Shown here one piece after another: positions 26,947 through 36,744 of a stretch of 56,058 nt of DNA. The DNA comes from a virus (taxonomy: Duplodnaviria > Caudoviricetes): positions 1 through 56,058 of IMG/VR virus record IMGVR_UViG_3300030102_004176; one strand, given 5' to 3'. The notes beneath the pieces were generated by a model, which ran no database searches, had not been told where the DNA came from, and saw only the letters and a list, made by a program, of their open reading frames with translations. The number at the start of each line of letters is the position of its first letter. The first letter of the stretch is position 1. A program made the translations under genes and the position numbers.

Positions 26947-29278
26947 AGAGAATCAAGAATCGGGTGGTCCAGGTATATTTGGTGTACTTGGTGGAATCGG
27001 GGCAGCTGCTCTAGCATTACCTAAAGCAAGAAGAAAAATAGTAAAAGGCATCGGCGAGTTTTTTAGAGACGACGATAAAAAATTTAAAACTAGCGTAGAT
27101 AGATTTGCATCAAAAGCAGAGGCTCAAAAAGCTGAAAACATATCACAAGAGGTGTCAAAAGATTATCCCGATTTATACAAAGCCAATGAAGCGGCAATAA
27201 AAGAACAACAAGAGTTAGAAGATATTAGAAAAGCTGTACTAAAAAAACCTTTAAGTTTTGGTGGTAAGATTGATGATCCAGAACACAACTACACAGATCA
27301 ACTTGATGCTGTGCGTTTACCTGATTATAATTTTGGTTCAACACTTTATGATTTTGTAGCTTTACATCCGTCTAAAAAACCACTTACTGCTCAGCAGTGG
27401 TTGAGTGAATTCAAGAATCCACAAAGGATGGCAAACCTGAAGTATAAAACACCAGGTTTTGAAAACATAAAAGCAGGAGTTTCAAGACAAGAATTAAGTG
27501 ATGCAAATATCGCTGAGTTCGATGACAGCGGTAAATTAATTGGTGGTATTCTTAAATCAGCAGAAGATTCTAATGTTAAGGTAGGCAAAAAGATGTTACT
27601 GGATATGGCGTATGATACACCGGGTGCACGTTTACAAGTTACTGAATATGGTTTACCTATTAAGACAGTTAAAAAGGTAGAAGCTTTTTTAGATAAGGCA
27701 GAAGAAAGTTTAGCACATGAAGCACAAGTTGGGTATAAAAAAATTAGAAACGTGCTCGCTAAAGAAGCTGGTAATATTTTAGAAACAGAACAAAGGGCTA
27801 AAACTAAAAAAAACTTGGACGCAGTTTTAACATCACAATATGATCCTCTTGTGGATATGGCCGCACGCAATCTCGCAAAAATTAAAATGCAATTTACAAG
27901 GAATGATGCGATGGGCTTGGCAGGAGAAAAAGCCCTTAATGTAAATGCCAATATAATGCGACAGTTAAAAGACATAGAATTTCGTACAGGTATTTTTGAT
28001 ATGTTTAAAAATAATTTTGCTAGAGATAATATTCCAAAAACAAAAGCTGCTGTCGAAACATTTCAACAGACAGTGCCTAACAAAGCAAAAGAAGATTTAA
28101 GAGCTATGATGGGTGACATAGCTCGAGATTATGAGAAATTAAAGGGCAGTTCTATTAGAAGTGGTAATACTTCATACGGACAGCACGATGAATACAGGTT
28201 GAGTGGGCCTGAGACCTATCAAGAATTAATTGTTAACCTTACACCAAGAGCAGGAAGTTATAAAGGAAGAAGACCAGTAACTACAAAACACTATGGTCGA
28301 GATGCGCAGGCAACAGATCAACTATATTTTGTTCGTTATGGTGTACGTTCTGACTTCTACAATCCTGATATGAAAGGAATTACTATTGATGAGATACAAG
28401 CCGATATAGCACAACAGGTAAGAAAAAATAATCAAAAGCCACCAAACCCTTTTAATATTAATTTTCAAGAAAAACTTGTTGAGGAAAGAATCAAGGAAAT
28501 CCTACCACGGGCCAGGGAACTTTCTAATAAGGGTGTAAATATGACACCGAAAGAAAGACAAGAATTACGAGAAATAAATAATTCTGCTGCTACTTTGTAC
28601 AGATCGACAAGAAGAAGACGTGCGGATAGTCAGGTAGATAATCAGTCTACAACTAATTTTCAACCTTTGCAGGACAGTTCTGATTATGCTGAGCACGCTG
28701 TAAAGGTACTAATTAAAAAAGCGATGAGAGATGATTTAGATTTTATATCGGTAAACACTGTAGATGTTCAACATAATTTTAAACATCCAAATGCTGGTTA
28801 TAAAGGTATGGAAAATTTTTACGGAATGCAATCAGGTAGAAGTACTGCGCAAAAAGAAGCAATCTTAGAGGGTAAAAAAGTACCTCCTCTACCCGACGGC
28901 GAACTTGTAAAAGCAATGAAGAATATTGCTAAACAATACAATGGTCGTGTTGATAAAAGAATGGTCGCAAAAAGCGACCCTAGTAAACCATTCAAGGTAA
29001 TTAGGACTCTAAGCGATAAAACTATAGCTAATGTAGAGCCTGGACAAAAACCAAAACAATTTGATGAACACCTTGCAGCCTTCAAATCAAAAGCTGAAGT
29101 TGATGCGTATACTAGAGATCGGCAGGGTGAGGGTTTGAAAATAGAAAAGATAGAAGGTAGTGATCCAAAAAATTATTATGAGATACCTACTCTTGTAATA
29201 ACACCAGAAATGAAAACAAAACCTTTTAAAATATATAAGAGAGAAGGTGGACTAGTCGTAGACTTGTTTAAATGGTAG
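26939..29278 (+). CDS. large protein of unknown function, probably virion-associated
   Basis: 779 aa ORF between terL and portal; IDEIQAD motif; ends KREGGLVVDLFKW. Confidence 0.7.
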   Translation: MDEENQESGGPGIFGVLGGIGAAALALPKARRKIVKGIGEFFRDDDKKFKTSVDRFASKAEAQKAENISQEVSKDYPDLYKANEAAIKEQQELEDIRKAVLKKPLSFGGKIDDPEHNYTDQLDAVRLPDYNFGSTLYDFVALHPSKKPLTAQQWLSEFKNPQRMANLKYKTPGFENIKAGVSRQELSDANIAEFDDSGKLIGGILKSAEDSNVKVGKKMLLDMAYDTPGARLQVTEYGLPIKTVKKVEAFLDKAEESLAHEAQVGYKKIRNVLAKEAGNILETEQRAKTKKNLDAVLTSQYDPLVDMAARNLAKIKMQFTRNDAMGLAGEKALNVNANIMRQLKDIEFRTGIFDMFKNNFARDNIPKTKAAVETFQQTVPNKAKEDLRAMMGDIARDYEKLKGSSIRSGNTSYGQHDEYRLSGPETYQELIVNLTPRAGSYKGRRPVTTKHYGRDAQATDQLYFVRYGVRSDFYNPDMKGITIDEIQADIAQQVRKNNQKPPNPFNINFQEKLVEERIKEILPRARELSNKGVNMTPKERQELREINNSAATLYRSTRRRRADSQVDNQSTTNFQPLQDSSDYAEHAVKVLIKKAMRDDLDFISVNTVDVQHNFKHPNAGYKGMENFYGMQSGRSTAQKEAILEGKKVPPLPDGELVKAMKNIAKQYNGRVDKRMVAKSDPSKPFKVIRTLSDKTIANVEPGQKPKQFDEHLAAFKSKAEVDAYTRDRQGEGLKIEKIEGSDPKNYYEIPTLVITPEMKTKPFKIYKREGGLVVDLFKW

Positions 29279-29286
29279 TATAACGA

Positions 29287-29619
29287 ATGGCAAAAAAAAG
29301 AAAAACATTAGAAGAAAGATTTAGTCTAGATGACATCGTTTTAGGTACTGATTTTGAAGGTGCCTTTTTTGATGAACCCGAACAACCTAAATTAAAACCA
29401 AGCAACATGATTGGTGAAATAGCCTCTAAAAATAAAGCGTTTAAAAAAGCTAACAGAAAAAGACGCATGTACCCTTTACCAGTAAGCAGCATATCAGAAG
29501 ATGTTGTCAAGTTAGCTCCATATCAAGTTATACCTGAAGCAATGAAAAAAGCTAGTAAAGGTGAGTTTGTCATGGTAAAAACAAAAATAGGTAAAAACAA
29601 AAAAACAAGGATTACATAA
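29287..29619 (+). CDS. hypothetical protein
   Basis: TAATG-coupled to the portal gene. Confidence 0.7.
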   Translation: MAKKRKTLEERFSLDDIVLGTDFEGAFFDEPEQPKLKPSNMIGEIASKNKAFKKANRKRRMYPLPVSSISEDVVKLAPYQVIPEAMKKASKGEFVMVKTKIGKNKKTRIT

Positions 29620-31952
29620 TGGATGATGAAGATAATCTAGAAGAACAGGTTCAACCTGTTGATGTTGAAATTGAAGAACCTACCGATGAAGTTGTAGAAG
29701 AACAAGATGAACCTCAACAAGATTTTAATGCAAACTTAGCCGAAAACCTTGACGATAGAGTTTTAACATCTATGGCTCAACAGTTAATTTCTGATTACAG
29801 AAAAGACAAAGAGTCTAGAGGGGATTGGGAAAAATCATATACATCTGGACTTGATTTACTGGGTTTTAAATATGAGGGCGAGGGTCAACCTTTTAGAGGA
29901 GCTTCAAGTGTAACACACCCCTTACTTGCTGAATCCGTGACACAGTTTCAGGCACAAGCTTACAAAGAATTATTACCAAGTGATGGACCTGTAAAAACTA
30001 TGGTTGTAGGAGATGCAACTCCAGACAAAATAGATCAAGCTCAAAGAGTCAAAGACTTTATGAATTATATGGTTACAGAAGTTATGGAAGAGTATACACC
30101 AGAATTTGATCAAATGTTATTTTATTTACCTCTTGCAGGATCATCATTTAAAAAAGTTTATTACGACGATTTAATGCAGCGCGCTGTCAGTAAATTTGTT
30201 CCAGCAGAAGATTTAGTTGTGCCCTATTATGCATCCGATTTGAAAGACTGTGAAAGAATTACACACTGTATCAAGATGAGCGAAAATGATTTACTAAAAA
30301 AAATAAGCACAGGATTCTATAGAGATGTAAAAATTTATCCTACAGCTGCTGACGATAATGAAGTTCAGGATAAATATGACGAATTGGAGGGACTATCTCC
30401 AACTAAAGATAAAGAGTATCAGTATAATATTCTTGAAATGCATGTTGATATTGATTTAGAAGAATACGAGGTTGAAAATTCTGAAAAGAAAATAAAAGTA
30501 CCTTACATTGTTACTATCGATGAGGGATCACAAGAGGTTTTAAGTATATATCGAAACTATTTACCTGACGATCAATTATTTACTAGGCGTGAATATTTTG
30601 TGCATTACAAGTTTTTGCCCGGTTTAGGGTTTTATGGTTTTGGTTTAATACATATGATTGGTGGTTTGAGTAGAACTGCAACTGCTGCATTAAGACAATT
30701 GTTAGATGCAGGGACTTTAGCAAACTTACCAGCAGGTTTTAAGTCTAGAGGACTACGAATTAGAGACGATGAACAACCATTTCAACCAGGAGAGTTTAGA
30801 GATGTTGATGCACCTGGTGGAAATATTAAAGATCAGTTTCAAATTTTGCCTTTTAAAGAGCCTAGTAGCGTCTTAATGCAGCTTTTAGGCTTTGTTGTTC
30901 AAGCTGGACAGCGTTTTGCCTCTATTGCAGACATGCAAATTGGTGAAGATTCACAAAATCGTGCAGTTGGAACAACTTTGGCTCTTATGGAACGTGGTTC
31001 TAGGGTAATGAGTGCTATTCATAAGCGTTGTTACTACTCAATGCGACAAGAATTTAGACTTTTATCTAATGTTTTTGCCGAATATTTACCACCTGACTAC
31101 CCATACGCTGTTTATGGTGCCGATAGAGTGGTAAAAGCATTAGATTTTTCACCAGAAGTTGATGTTATACCAGTTGCGGACCCAAATTCTTTCTCAATGA
31201 GTCAAAGAGTAACGTTAGCATCACAACAATTACAAATTGCAAATGCTGCACCACAATTACACAACATTAGGGAGGCATATAGACGTGTTTATGAGTCTTT
31301 AGGTGCAAAAAAGATAGATGATTTACTTTTACCAGAAAAAAAACCAGAACCTATGGACCCTGGTGCAGAAAATTCACTAGCTTTACAAGCAAAACCACTT
31401 AAAGCATTTTATTTTCAAAACCATGATGCTCATATTGCAGCTCACGCTGCATTTATACAATCAAGAATGGTGCAGGCTAACCCTTTAGTGTATTCAATAT
31501 TACAAGCACACATATCTGAACATATTTCTTTCAAAGCAAGAGCACAAACTCTTCTATATATTAAAACAGAAAGACCTGATTTAGTTGAACTAGAGCAAAC
31601 AGATCCACAAGCATATCTTGCTGAATCAGAATCTATCATAGCTAGAACGATTGCTGAACTTACACAACAATTAGTTATGGCTGAGCAGGGCACAGAAAAA
31701 CCAGACCCTGTTGTAATGCTTAAAAACAGAGAACTTGATATTAAAGCTATGGATATGCAGAGAAAAGCTGCTGAGTTCCAGCAACAAGAACAAAGAAAAA
31801 CAGGTGAGTTTGACGAACGTATTGATCTTGATAAAATGAAAAGAGAAGATGCTGAAGAAGCATCAAAAGAAAGAATAAGAGTAGCTGATGAAAAGCTTGA
31901 GTTAAATGCTTTTAAAGTTGGCTTAGATCAGGCAGGTAAAAAAAATGAGTGA
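29619..31952 (+). CDS. portal protein
   Basis: 777 aa; HPLLAESVTQFQAQAYKELLP, LPLAGSSFKKVYYD, GFYGFGLIH, LLDAGTLANLP; lies between terL and the capsid genes. Confidence 0.88.
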   Translation: MDDEDNLEEQVQPVDVEIEEPTDEVVEEQDEPQQDFNANLAENLDDRVLTSMAQQLISDYRKDKESRGDWEKSYTSGLDLLGFKYEGEGQPFRGASSVTHPLLAESVTQFQAQAYKELLPSDGPVKTMVVGDATPDKIDQAQRVKDFMNYMVTEVMEEYTPEFDQMLFYLPLAGSSFKKVYYDDLMQRAVSKFVPAEDLVVPYYASDLKDCERITHCIKMSENDLLKKISTGFYRDVKIYPTAADDNEVQDKYDELEGLSPTKDKEYQYNILEMHVDIDLEEYEVENSEKKIKVPYIVTIDEGSQEVLSIYRNYLPDDQLFTRREYFVHYKFLPGLGFYGFGLIHMIGGLSRTATAALRQLLDAGTLANLPAGFKSRGLRIRDDEQPFQPGEFRDVDAPGGNIKDQFQILPFKEPSSVLMQLLGFVVQAGQRFASIADMQIGEDSQNRAVGTTLALMERGSRVMSAIHKRCYYSMRQEFRLLSNVFAEYLPPDYPYAVYGADRVVKALDFSPEVDVIPVADPNSFSMSQRVTLASQQLQIANAAPQLHNIREAYRRVYESLGAKKIDDLLLPEKKPEPMDPGAENSLALQAKPLKAFYFQNHDAHIAAHAAFIQSRMVQANPLVYSILQAHISEHISFKARAQTLLYIKTERPDLVELEQTDPQAYLAESESIIARTIAELTQQLVMAEQGTEKPDPVVMLKNRELDIKAMDMQRKAAEFQQQEQRKTGEFDERIDLDKMKREDAEEASKERIRVADEKLELNAFKVGLDQAGKKNE

Positions 31953-32397
31953 ATACAGATACCCTCCATTAAAAGGATTCAAACTTGAGGTTCCAGAACC
32001 AAGTCCTGAATATAAAGCATTGCAGGAACGCAGGTCAAAATACGACATAGAAGGTGAGCTTATTGACGATGAAAAATATGATTATGAAACTTTGACGTCA
32101 GATCCAGTTCAATATAGAAAAATAGGAAAAAAATCAAAATTTAGAAATGTTTATAAAAAAAGCCCAATAATGAAAGATCTTTACAAAGATCTAGAAGAAA
32201 GTCAAAAAAACAACCCTTTTAAAAGAAAAACAGGGGGTAAAGCATTCGGACCTCCTCCTAAAAAAGGACCACAGCCTCAGGGTATGAAAGATGGTAATTT
32301 AATTGGTTGCCCTCATAGAGAAAATGGTGTAAGAAGTGATATTAAGGGTATCAAAGAGATTCAAGTAAAAGGTAAAAAGTTTGTAGGTGTCCGATAA
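31945..32397 (+). CDS. hypothetical protein
   Basis: Coupled ORF; GPPPKKGPQPQG and C-terminal KGKKFVGVR. Confidence 0.7.
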   Translation: MSEYRYPPLKGFKLEVPEPSPEYKALQERRSKYDIEGELIDDEKYDYETLTSDPVQYRKIGKKSKFRNVYKKSPIMKDLYKDLEESQKNNPFKRKTGGKAFGPPPKKGPQPQGMKDGNLIGCPHRENGVRSDIKGIKEIQVKGKKFVGVR

Positions 32398-32493
32398 ACT
32401 TGAAAAATTAGTAAATATAATTATTGTTTTGTGTATTATAGAAATTATGATACATTCTGTAGAAGTAATGATTGATATACTACCTTACATAAA

Positions 32494-33096
32494 ATGATTA
32501 TAAAAGGCGACTCTACAGAATACCATTTACTCACTAAACACATAGGTAAACTTAAAATAGACAGAGCCACTTTGACTTGTGAAATAGGTCTAAGAGAAGG
32601 TTTAGGTTCGAAGATAATTATGGATGCAATTAGAGATCACAAACCACCACTTTATAAACATGTCGCTGTTGATCCGTACAATAATTTAAGTTATCAGCAT
32701 ACTGATGATGAGAAAGAGACCAGTGCTGATTACACAGAAGATATGAAACAAAGAGTTGTTTCTTATTTATATCAAAACTATCAAGAGTTTGATTTTTATC
32801 ATATGACAGATGAGTATTATTTTGAAGCTATGAAAGATGGACATCAGTTTTCAATTAATGGTAACTGTATGATATATGGCTTATACAAAGTTGTTCATCT
32901 TGATGGACCACATACGACGCATGCTGTCTTAGAAGAATTAAAGTTTTTTATCCCACGTATGGATGAAGAGGGTTTAATAATAATAGATGATTACACACGC
33001 CTTAAGATGGGTATTGTGGATATGCTCCTGAAGACTTATAATTTTAATGTTGCTGAAAAAGGTGACAATAAAATTATTTTTAAAAAGGAGATATAA
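32494..33096 (+). CDS. class I SAM-dependent methyltransferase
   Basis: EIGLREGLGS, AVDPY, VHLDGPH, IIIDDY. Confidence 0.8.
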   Translation: MIIKGDSTEYHLLTKHIGKLKIDRATLTCEIGLREGLGSKIIMDAIRDHKPPLYKHVAVDPYNNLSYQHTDDEKETSADYTEDMKQRVVSYLYQNYQEFDFYHMTDEYYFEAMKDGHQFSINGNCMIYGLYKVVHLDGPHTTHAVLEELKFFIPRMDEEGLIIIDDYTRLKMGIVDMLLKTYNFNVAEKGDNKIIFKKEI

Positions 33097-33464
33097 TGTT
33101 TCAAGCAATTATCGGTCCTGTCGCCAAGTTAGCTTCAACTTGGATTGAAGGACGTCAAAAAAAAGCTGAACTTAAATCAAAAGTTGAGTTAACAAAACTA
33201 GAAGCAACAAGAACAAGAATTGAGAAGGAAGGGACTTGGGACGAAAAACAAGCTGATGCAGCAGCAGATTCGTGGAAAGACGAAGCTTGGACCCTTGCGT
33301 TCATTGCCATAATTTTTGCATCCTTCATACCTGCACTTCAACCTTATATGAAAGAGGGATTTGTTTTTCTAAAAAACGATTGTCCTGAATGGTTAAGTTG
33401 GGGTATTCTAGCTTCGATTGCAGGATCATTCGGGCTAAAGAGTATTGCTAAGTTTAAAAAATAG
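33096..33464 (+). CDS. putative holin (3TM type)
   Basis: RBS AAGGAG; SWKDEAW, two TM helices, C-terminal SFGLK. Confidence 0.65.
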   Translation: MFQAIIGPVAKLASTWIEGRQKKAELKSKVELTKLEATRTRIEKEGTWDEKQADAAADSWKDEAWTLAFIAIIFASFIPALQPYMKEGFVFLKNDCPEWLSWGILASIAGSFGLKSIAKFKK

Positions 33465-33472
33465 ACTAAAAT
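33445..33472 (+). promoter_or_regulatory. candidate promoter for pqqA
   Basis: TTGCTA-16-TAAAAT, about 58 nt upstream of the ATG. Confidence 0.4.
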
Positions 33473-33529
33473 ATGTTTAGTGGACTGCGGTCACGAGGAC
33501 AACCAGCACTTTAATTTTAGGAGATAATT

Positions 33530-33604
33530 ATGTGGTCTAAACCTGTAATTACAGAAATTTCTGTTGGTCTTGAGATTAACAGTTATGCCTGTGCTGAAAA
33601 ATAA
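33530..33604 (+). CDS. pqqA: pyrroloquinoline quinone precursor peptide PqqA (24 aa, not in ORF track)
   Basis: MWSKPVITEISVGLEINSYACAEK: W-x-x-P leader, G-x-E-x-x-x-Y core and typical length. RBS AGGAGA at 33519-33524. Confidence 0.88.
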   Translation: MWSKPVITEISVGLEINSYACAEK

Positions 33605-33630
33605 AGTGATGGGGACTCAGTCCCCACACT
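33605..33630 (+). terminator. hairpin directly after pqqA
   Basis: TGGGGAC-tca-GTCCCCA with an AGTG/CACT extension; no strong T-tract. Confidence 0.6.
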
Positions 33631-33640
33631 AAATTTGTAT

Positions 33641-33760
33641 ATGGCTACTAAGATTGACAGATTATTGTGGTTTTTATTACAAATTTTATTTGGCTTTATG
33701 ATAGGTTTATTATTATTTTTAATTTTATATTTTATAGGAGTTTATTATGTTATTAACTAA
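33641..33760 (+). CDS. possible 39-aa membrane peptide
   Basis: MATKIDRLLWFLLQILFGFMIGLLLFLILYFIGVYYVIN; no clear RBS. Confidence 0.4.
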   Translation: MATKIDRLLWFLLQILFGFMIGLLLFLILYFIGVYYVIN

Positions 33761-33869
33761 AAATTTTATAAAATTTAATAACCTTTTGGTTAAAATACCT
33801 AATCAAACAAAACGTGTTTGGGATCTATCTGAAAACAGATGGGGTTACAAACTTGTCAAAGATATTTAG
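33747..33869 (+). CDS. 40-aa hypothetical protein
   Basis: RBS AGGAG; MLLTKNFIKFNNLLVKIPNQTKRVWDLSENRWGYKLVKDI. Confidence 0.5.
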   Translation: MLLTKNFIKFNNLLVKIPNQTKRVWDLSENRWGYKLVKDI

Positions 33870-34058
33870 AATAAAAGATTGTAGTGGCTCAAAGTTTCCA
33901 AGGAAAAGACGCTTACTTGAATATGTGTCACCAGTAAAATATTATGGTAAAAAGGTTTCAAAAAGTAGAAATAATAATTGCAAAGAAGACAAAGAGAAGG
34001 TATAACAAAAAAGGATTTACACATAGAAAAAAACTTGGACCTAAGTCTCATTTAAGAC

Positions 34059-34265
34059 ATGCTTGATATCGATACAATACAAACAGTTCGACATTATATC
34101 AAAAAACAAATTCAACAAACTAAAGATCATATTTGCTATGGTATAGACAAACTTGATCAACTACATTATGCTAAAGGCAAGCTCGCAGCCCTAGAGGCTG
34201 TGCTTCAGGATCTAAAAGACCTGCAAAATAGAGAGGATAGTGTAGATGACATTGATCAAACCTAA
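34059..34265 (+). CDS. conserved small protein upstream of GroES
   Basis: 68 aa helical ORF overlapping groES. Confidence 0.7.
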   Translation: MLDIDTIQTVRHYIKKQIQQTKDHICYGIDKLDQLHYAKGKLAALEAVLQDLKDLQNREDSVDDIDQT

Positions 34266-34680
34266 TACTAAGTTAGTCACACCTGACAAAGATGATGACG
34301 ACGAACCCTTAGTTCCGAAGGGTGCGAAAGAAACGGAACAATATCTTAAATTATTACCAAAACCAGTAGGATACAGACTTTTGATAAGACCTTATCAACC
34401 TAAGGCTAAAACAAAAGGCGGTCTTTATTTAACTGAAAAAACTCTTGAAACTCAACAAATGACAACAGTGGTTGGACTCGTCGTTAAAATGGGTGATCTT
34501 TGTTATAAAGATAAGGAGAAGTTTCCAACTGGACCTTGGTGCAAAGAGGGGCAGTTTATCGTTTATGGACGATATGCTGGCGCTCGATTTAAGACAAAAT
34601 ATGGTGAACATCGTATTTTAAACGATGATGAAATCATAGGAACTATTAACAAACCCGAGGATATCCTCGCATTATTCTAA
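34246..34680 (+). CDS. groES: co-chaperonin GroES (Cpn10)
   Basis: PVGYRLLI, KTKGGLYL, VVKMG, GRYAG, RILNDDEIIG. Confidence 0.9.
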   Translation: MTLIKPNTKLVTPDKDDDDEPLVPKGAKETEQYLKLLPKPVGYRLLIRPYQPKAKTKGGLYLTEKTLETQQMTTVVGLVVKMGDLCYKDKEKFPTGPWCKEGQFIVYGRYAGARFKTKYGEHRILNDDEIIGTINKPEDILALF

Positions 34681-34689
34681 GGAGTAATT

Positions 34690-35601
34690 ATGACTGAAGA
34701 AAATCAAGTTGAACTAGATACTGATGATGCAAAAGAAGAAACTTTGCATCTTGCAGAGAAACCTAAAGAAGAAAAACCTGAAAAGGTTGAAGTTGACTTA
34801 GGTTACACAGACCCAATTAAAACAGAAACAAAAGCGAAAGTTGTCGAAGAAGAAAAGACTGATGATAATTTACAAGATGTATCTGAAAACGTTCAGAAAA
34901 GAATTGATAAACTTACAAGAAAGTATAGAGAAGCCGAAAGAAGAGAAAAAGCTGCTCTTGACTATGCTAAAGGTTTGCAGAACAAATATTCAGGTCTTGA
35001 AAAAAAAGTACAAGAAACAGATAAAACATACGTTGAAGAATATGAAGCAAGAGTGGACTCTCAAAGAGAACAAGTAAAAAACAAACTTCAAAAAGCTATA
35101 GAAGACAACAATTCAGAAGCAATAATGAAAGCAAATGATGAGTTGACTCAATTAGCAGTAGAAAAAGAAAAAGCAAGGATAAAAAAATCTCAATTTGAGG
35201 AGGCTTCTGCACAAGCTAAAGCTCAAGTTGAACAACAAGCTCAACAACCAGTACAACAGCCTCAGCCTCCATCAAGGAAAGCTGAGAAGTGGGCTGAGGA
35301 TAATGATTGGTTTGGTAATGATCGGATAATGACAAGCGCTGCTTACGCTATCCATGAAGATTTGGTTACGCAGGGGTTTGACCCAGAGTCCGATGAGTAT
35401 TACAATGAGATAAACAAACATATGAAGGATAACTTCCCTCATAAGTTTGCAAACGATAAACAACGACCTGTGCAAACTGTTGCTTCTGCTGGAAGAAAAC
35501 AGGAAGGTCGCAGAACTGTGAAACTCACTCGATCACAGGTGGCTATTGCCAAAAAATTAGGAGTGCCACTAGAAGAATACGCAAAATTCGTGAAGGAGTA
35601 A
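34690..35601 (+). CDS. capsid scaffolding protein (putative)
   Basis: Acidic coiled coil, VQKRIDKLT, C-terminal KLTRSQVAIAKKLGVPLEEYAK; upstream of the capsid genes. Confidence 0.7.
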   Translation: MTEENQVELDTDDAKEETLHLAEKPKEEKPEKVEVDLGYTDPIKTETKAKVVEEEKTDDNLQDVSENVQKRIDKLTRKYREAERREKAALDYAKGLQNKYSGLEKKVQETDKTYVEEYEARVDSQREQVKNKLQKAIEDNNSEAIMKANDELTQLAVEKEKARIKKSQFEEASAQAKAQVEQQAQQPVQQPQPPSRKAEKWAEDNDWFGNDRIMTSAAYAIHEDLVTQGFDPESDEYYNEINKHMKDNFPHKFANDKQRPVQTVASAGRKQEGRRTVKLTRSQVAIAKKLGVPLEEYAKFVKE

Positions 35602-35604
35602 AAA

Positions 35605-36078
35605 ATGAACGAAAAACTAGTAAAAACCTCACGCGCGTCACAAGATAATAAGCCATTAAGGAATAAACCTTGGACGCCTCCGTCAAGTCTGGATGCACCC
35701 CCTGCACCAAAAGGGTTTGTACACAGATGGATAAGAACCGAACTTATGGGTCAAGAAGATACAGGTAATGTATCTAAAAAACTCAGAGAGGGTTGGGAAT
35801 TTGTGAGAGCAGAGGAAATAAAAAATCAACTCGGTGATCATAGTTATCCAGTGATACAAAAAGGACAATATCAGGGGTTAATTGGGGTTGGTGGCCTTGT
35901 GTTGGCAAGGATACCTGAAGAAATTGTAGAACAACGCAAGCAGTATTTTAAAAATCTTACTGCTGACCAAGTAAACGCCGTTGATCAAGATATTCTTAGG
36001 GAGCAACGACCAGAGATGCCTGTTAATATTAACAGACAATCTCGTGTAACTTTTGGTGGTGGTCGAAAATCAGAATAA
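35605..36078 (+). CDS. conserved head-module protein
   Basis: WTPPSSLDAPPAP..HRWIR, LREGWEFVR, GGLVLARIP. Confidence 0.75.
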   Translation: MNEKLVKTSRASQDNKPLRNKPWTPPSSLDAPPAPKGFVHRWIRTELMGQEDTGNVSKKLREGWEFVRAEEIKNQLGDHSYPVIQKGQYQGLIGVGGLVLARIPEEIVEQRKQYFKNLTADQVNAVDQDILREQRPEMPVNINRQSRVTFGGGRKSE

Positions 36079-36132
36079 TTTTTTGATAAAAGCCATCGCT
36101 GTAATATTAATGCTTATTTAAGGAGAATCTAA

Positions 36133-36732
36133 ATGGCAAATGTAAGTGAAAAGTTTGGTCTAAGACCTTATAAATCTCTTAATGGTGCTCCATGGAATGG
36201 TGCTCAGAATAGGTATACTATTGCAGCCAACTACGGAACAGCTATCTTCCAAGGTGACTTGGTGGTACCAACAGCTGCAGGTAACATTGAACGTTATGAT
36301 GTTACTGCAAGCTCAGGAGCTGTAAAACCTATTGGTGTGTTTAATGGTGTATTTTATACTGACCCAACTACGAGCAAACCAACATTTGGTAACTTTTATC
36401 CTGGCAGTGTCAACGCTAGTGATATTGTTGCTAATGTAATTGATGATCCCAATACGTTATTTTTAATTGATTCTGATGATGCTTTTACAAGAGCAGGTCT
36501 GTTTATTGGTTATAAAACTACTAACGTAACAGGAAACACAGTAACCGGTATATCTAAAGTACAACTTGATACGAGTACTGCAGATTCTACGAATGCAATT
36601 CCATTGCAGGCTGTAGATATATGCCAAGATGTTAACAATGAGGACACAACGACTGCTAATGCAAACATTGTTGTCCGTATTCAAAACCATTTTCTGAATC
36701 CACCGGCTGCTGCTGGTGATACAGGGGTATAA
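36133..36732 (+). CDS. capsid decoration/minor head protein (putative)
   Basis: RBS AAGGAGA; FGLRP, IFQGD, GVFNG, DDP motifs; immediately before the major capsid gene. Confidence 0.65.
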   Translation: MANVSEKFGLRPYKSLNGAPWNGAQNRYTIAANYGTAIFQGDLVVPTAAGNIERYDVTASSGAVKPIGVFNGVFYTDPTTSKPTFGNFYPGSVNASDIVANVIDDPNTLFLIDSDDAFTRAGLFIGYKTTNVTGNTVTGISKVQLDTSTADSTNAIPLQAVDICQDVNNEDTTTANANIVVRIQNHFLNPPAAAGDTGV

Positions 36733-36744
36733 GGGAGATATAAT

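Noticed and set aside
32387-32497. 36-aa hydrophobic ORF with GTG start
   Set aside because: It fills the gap and couples to the next gene, but the RBS is weak and nothing else supports it.
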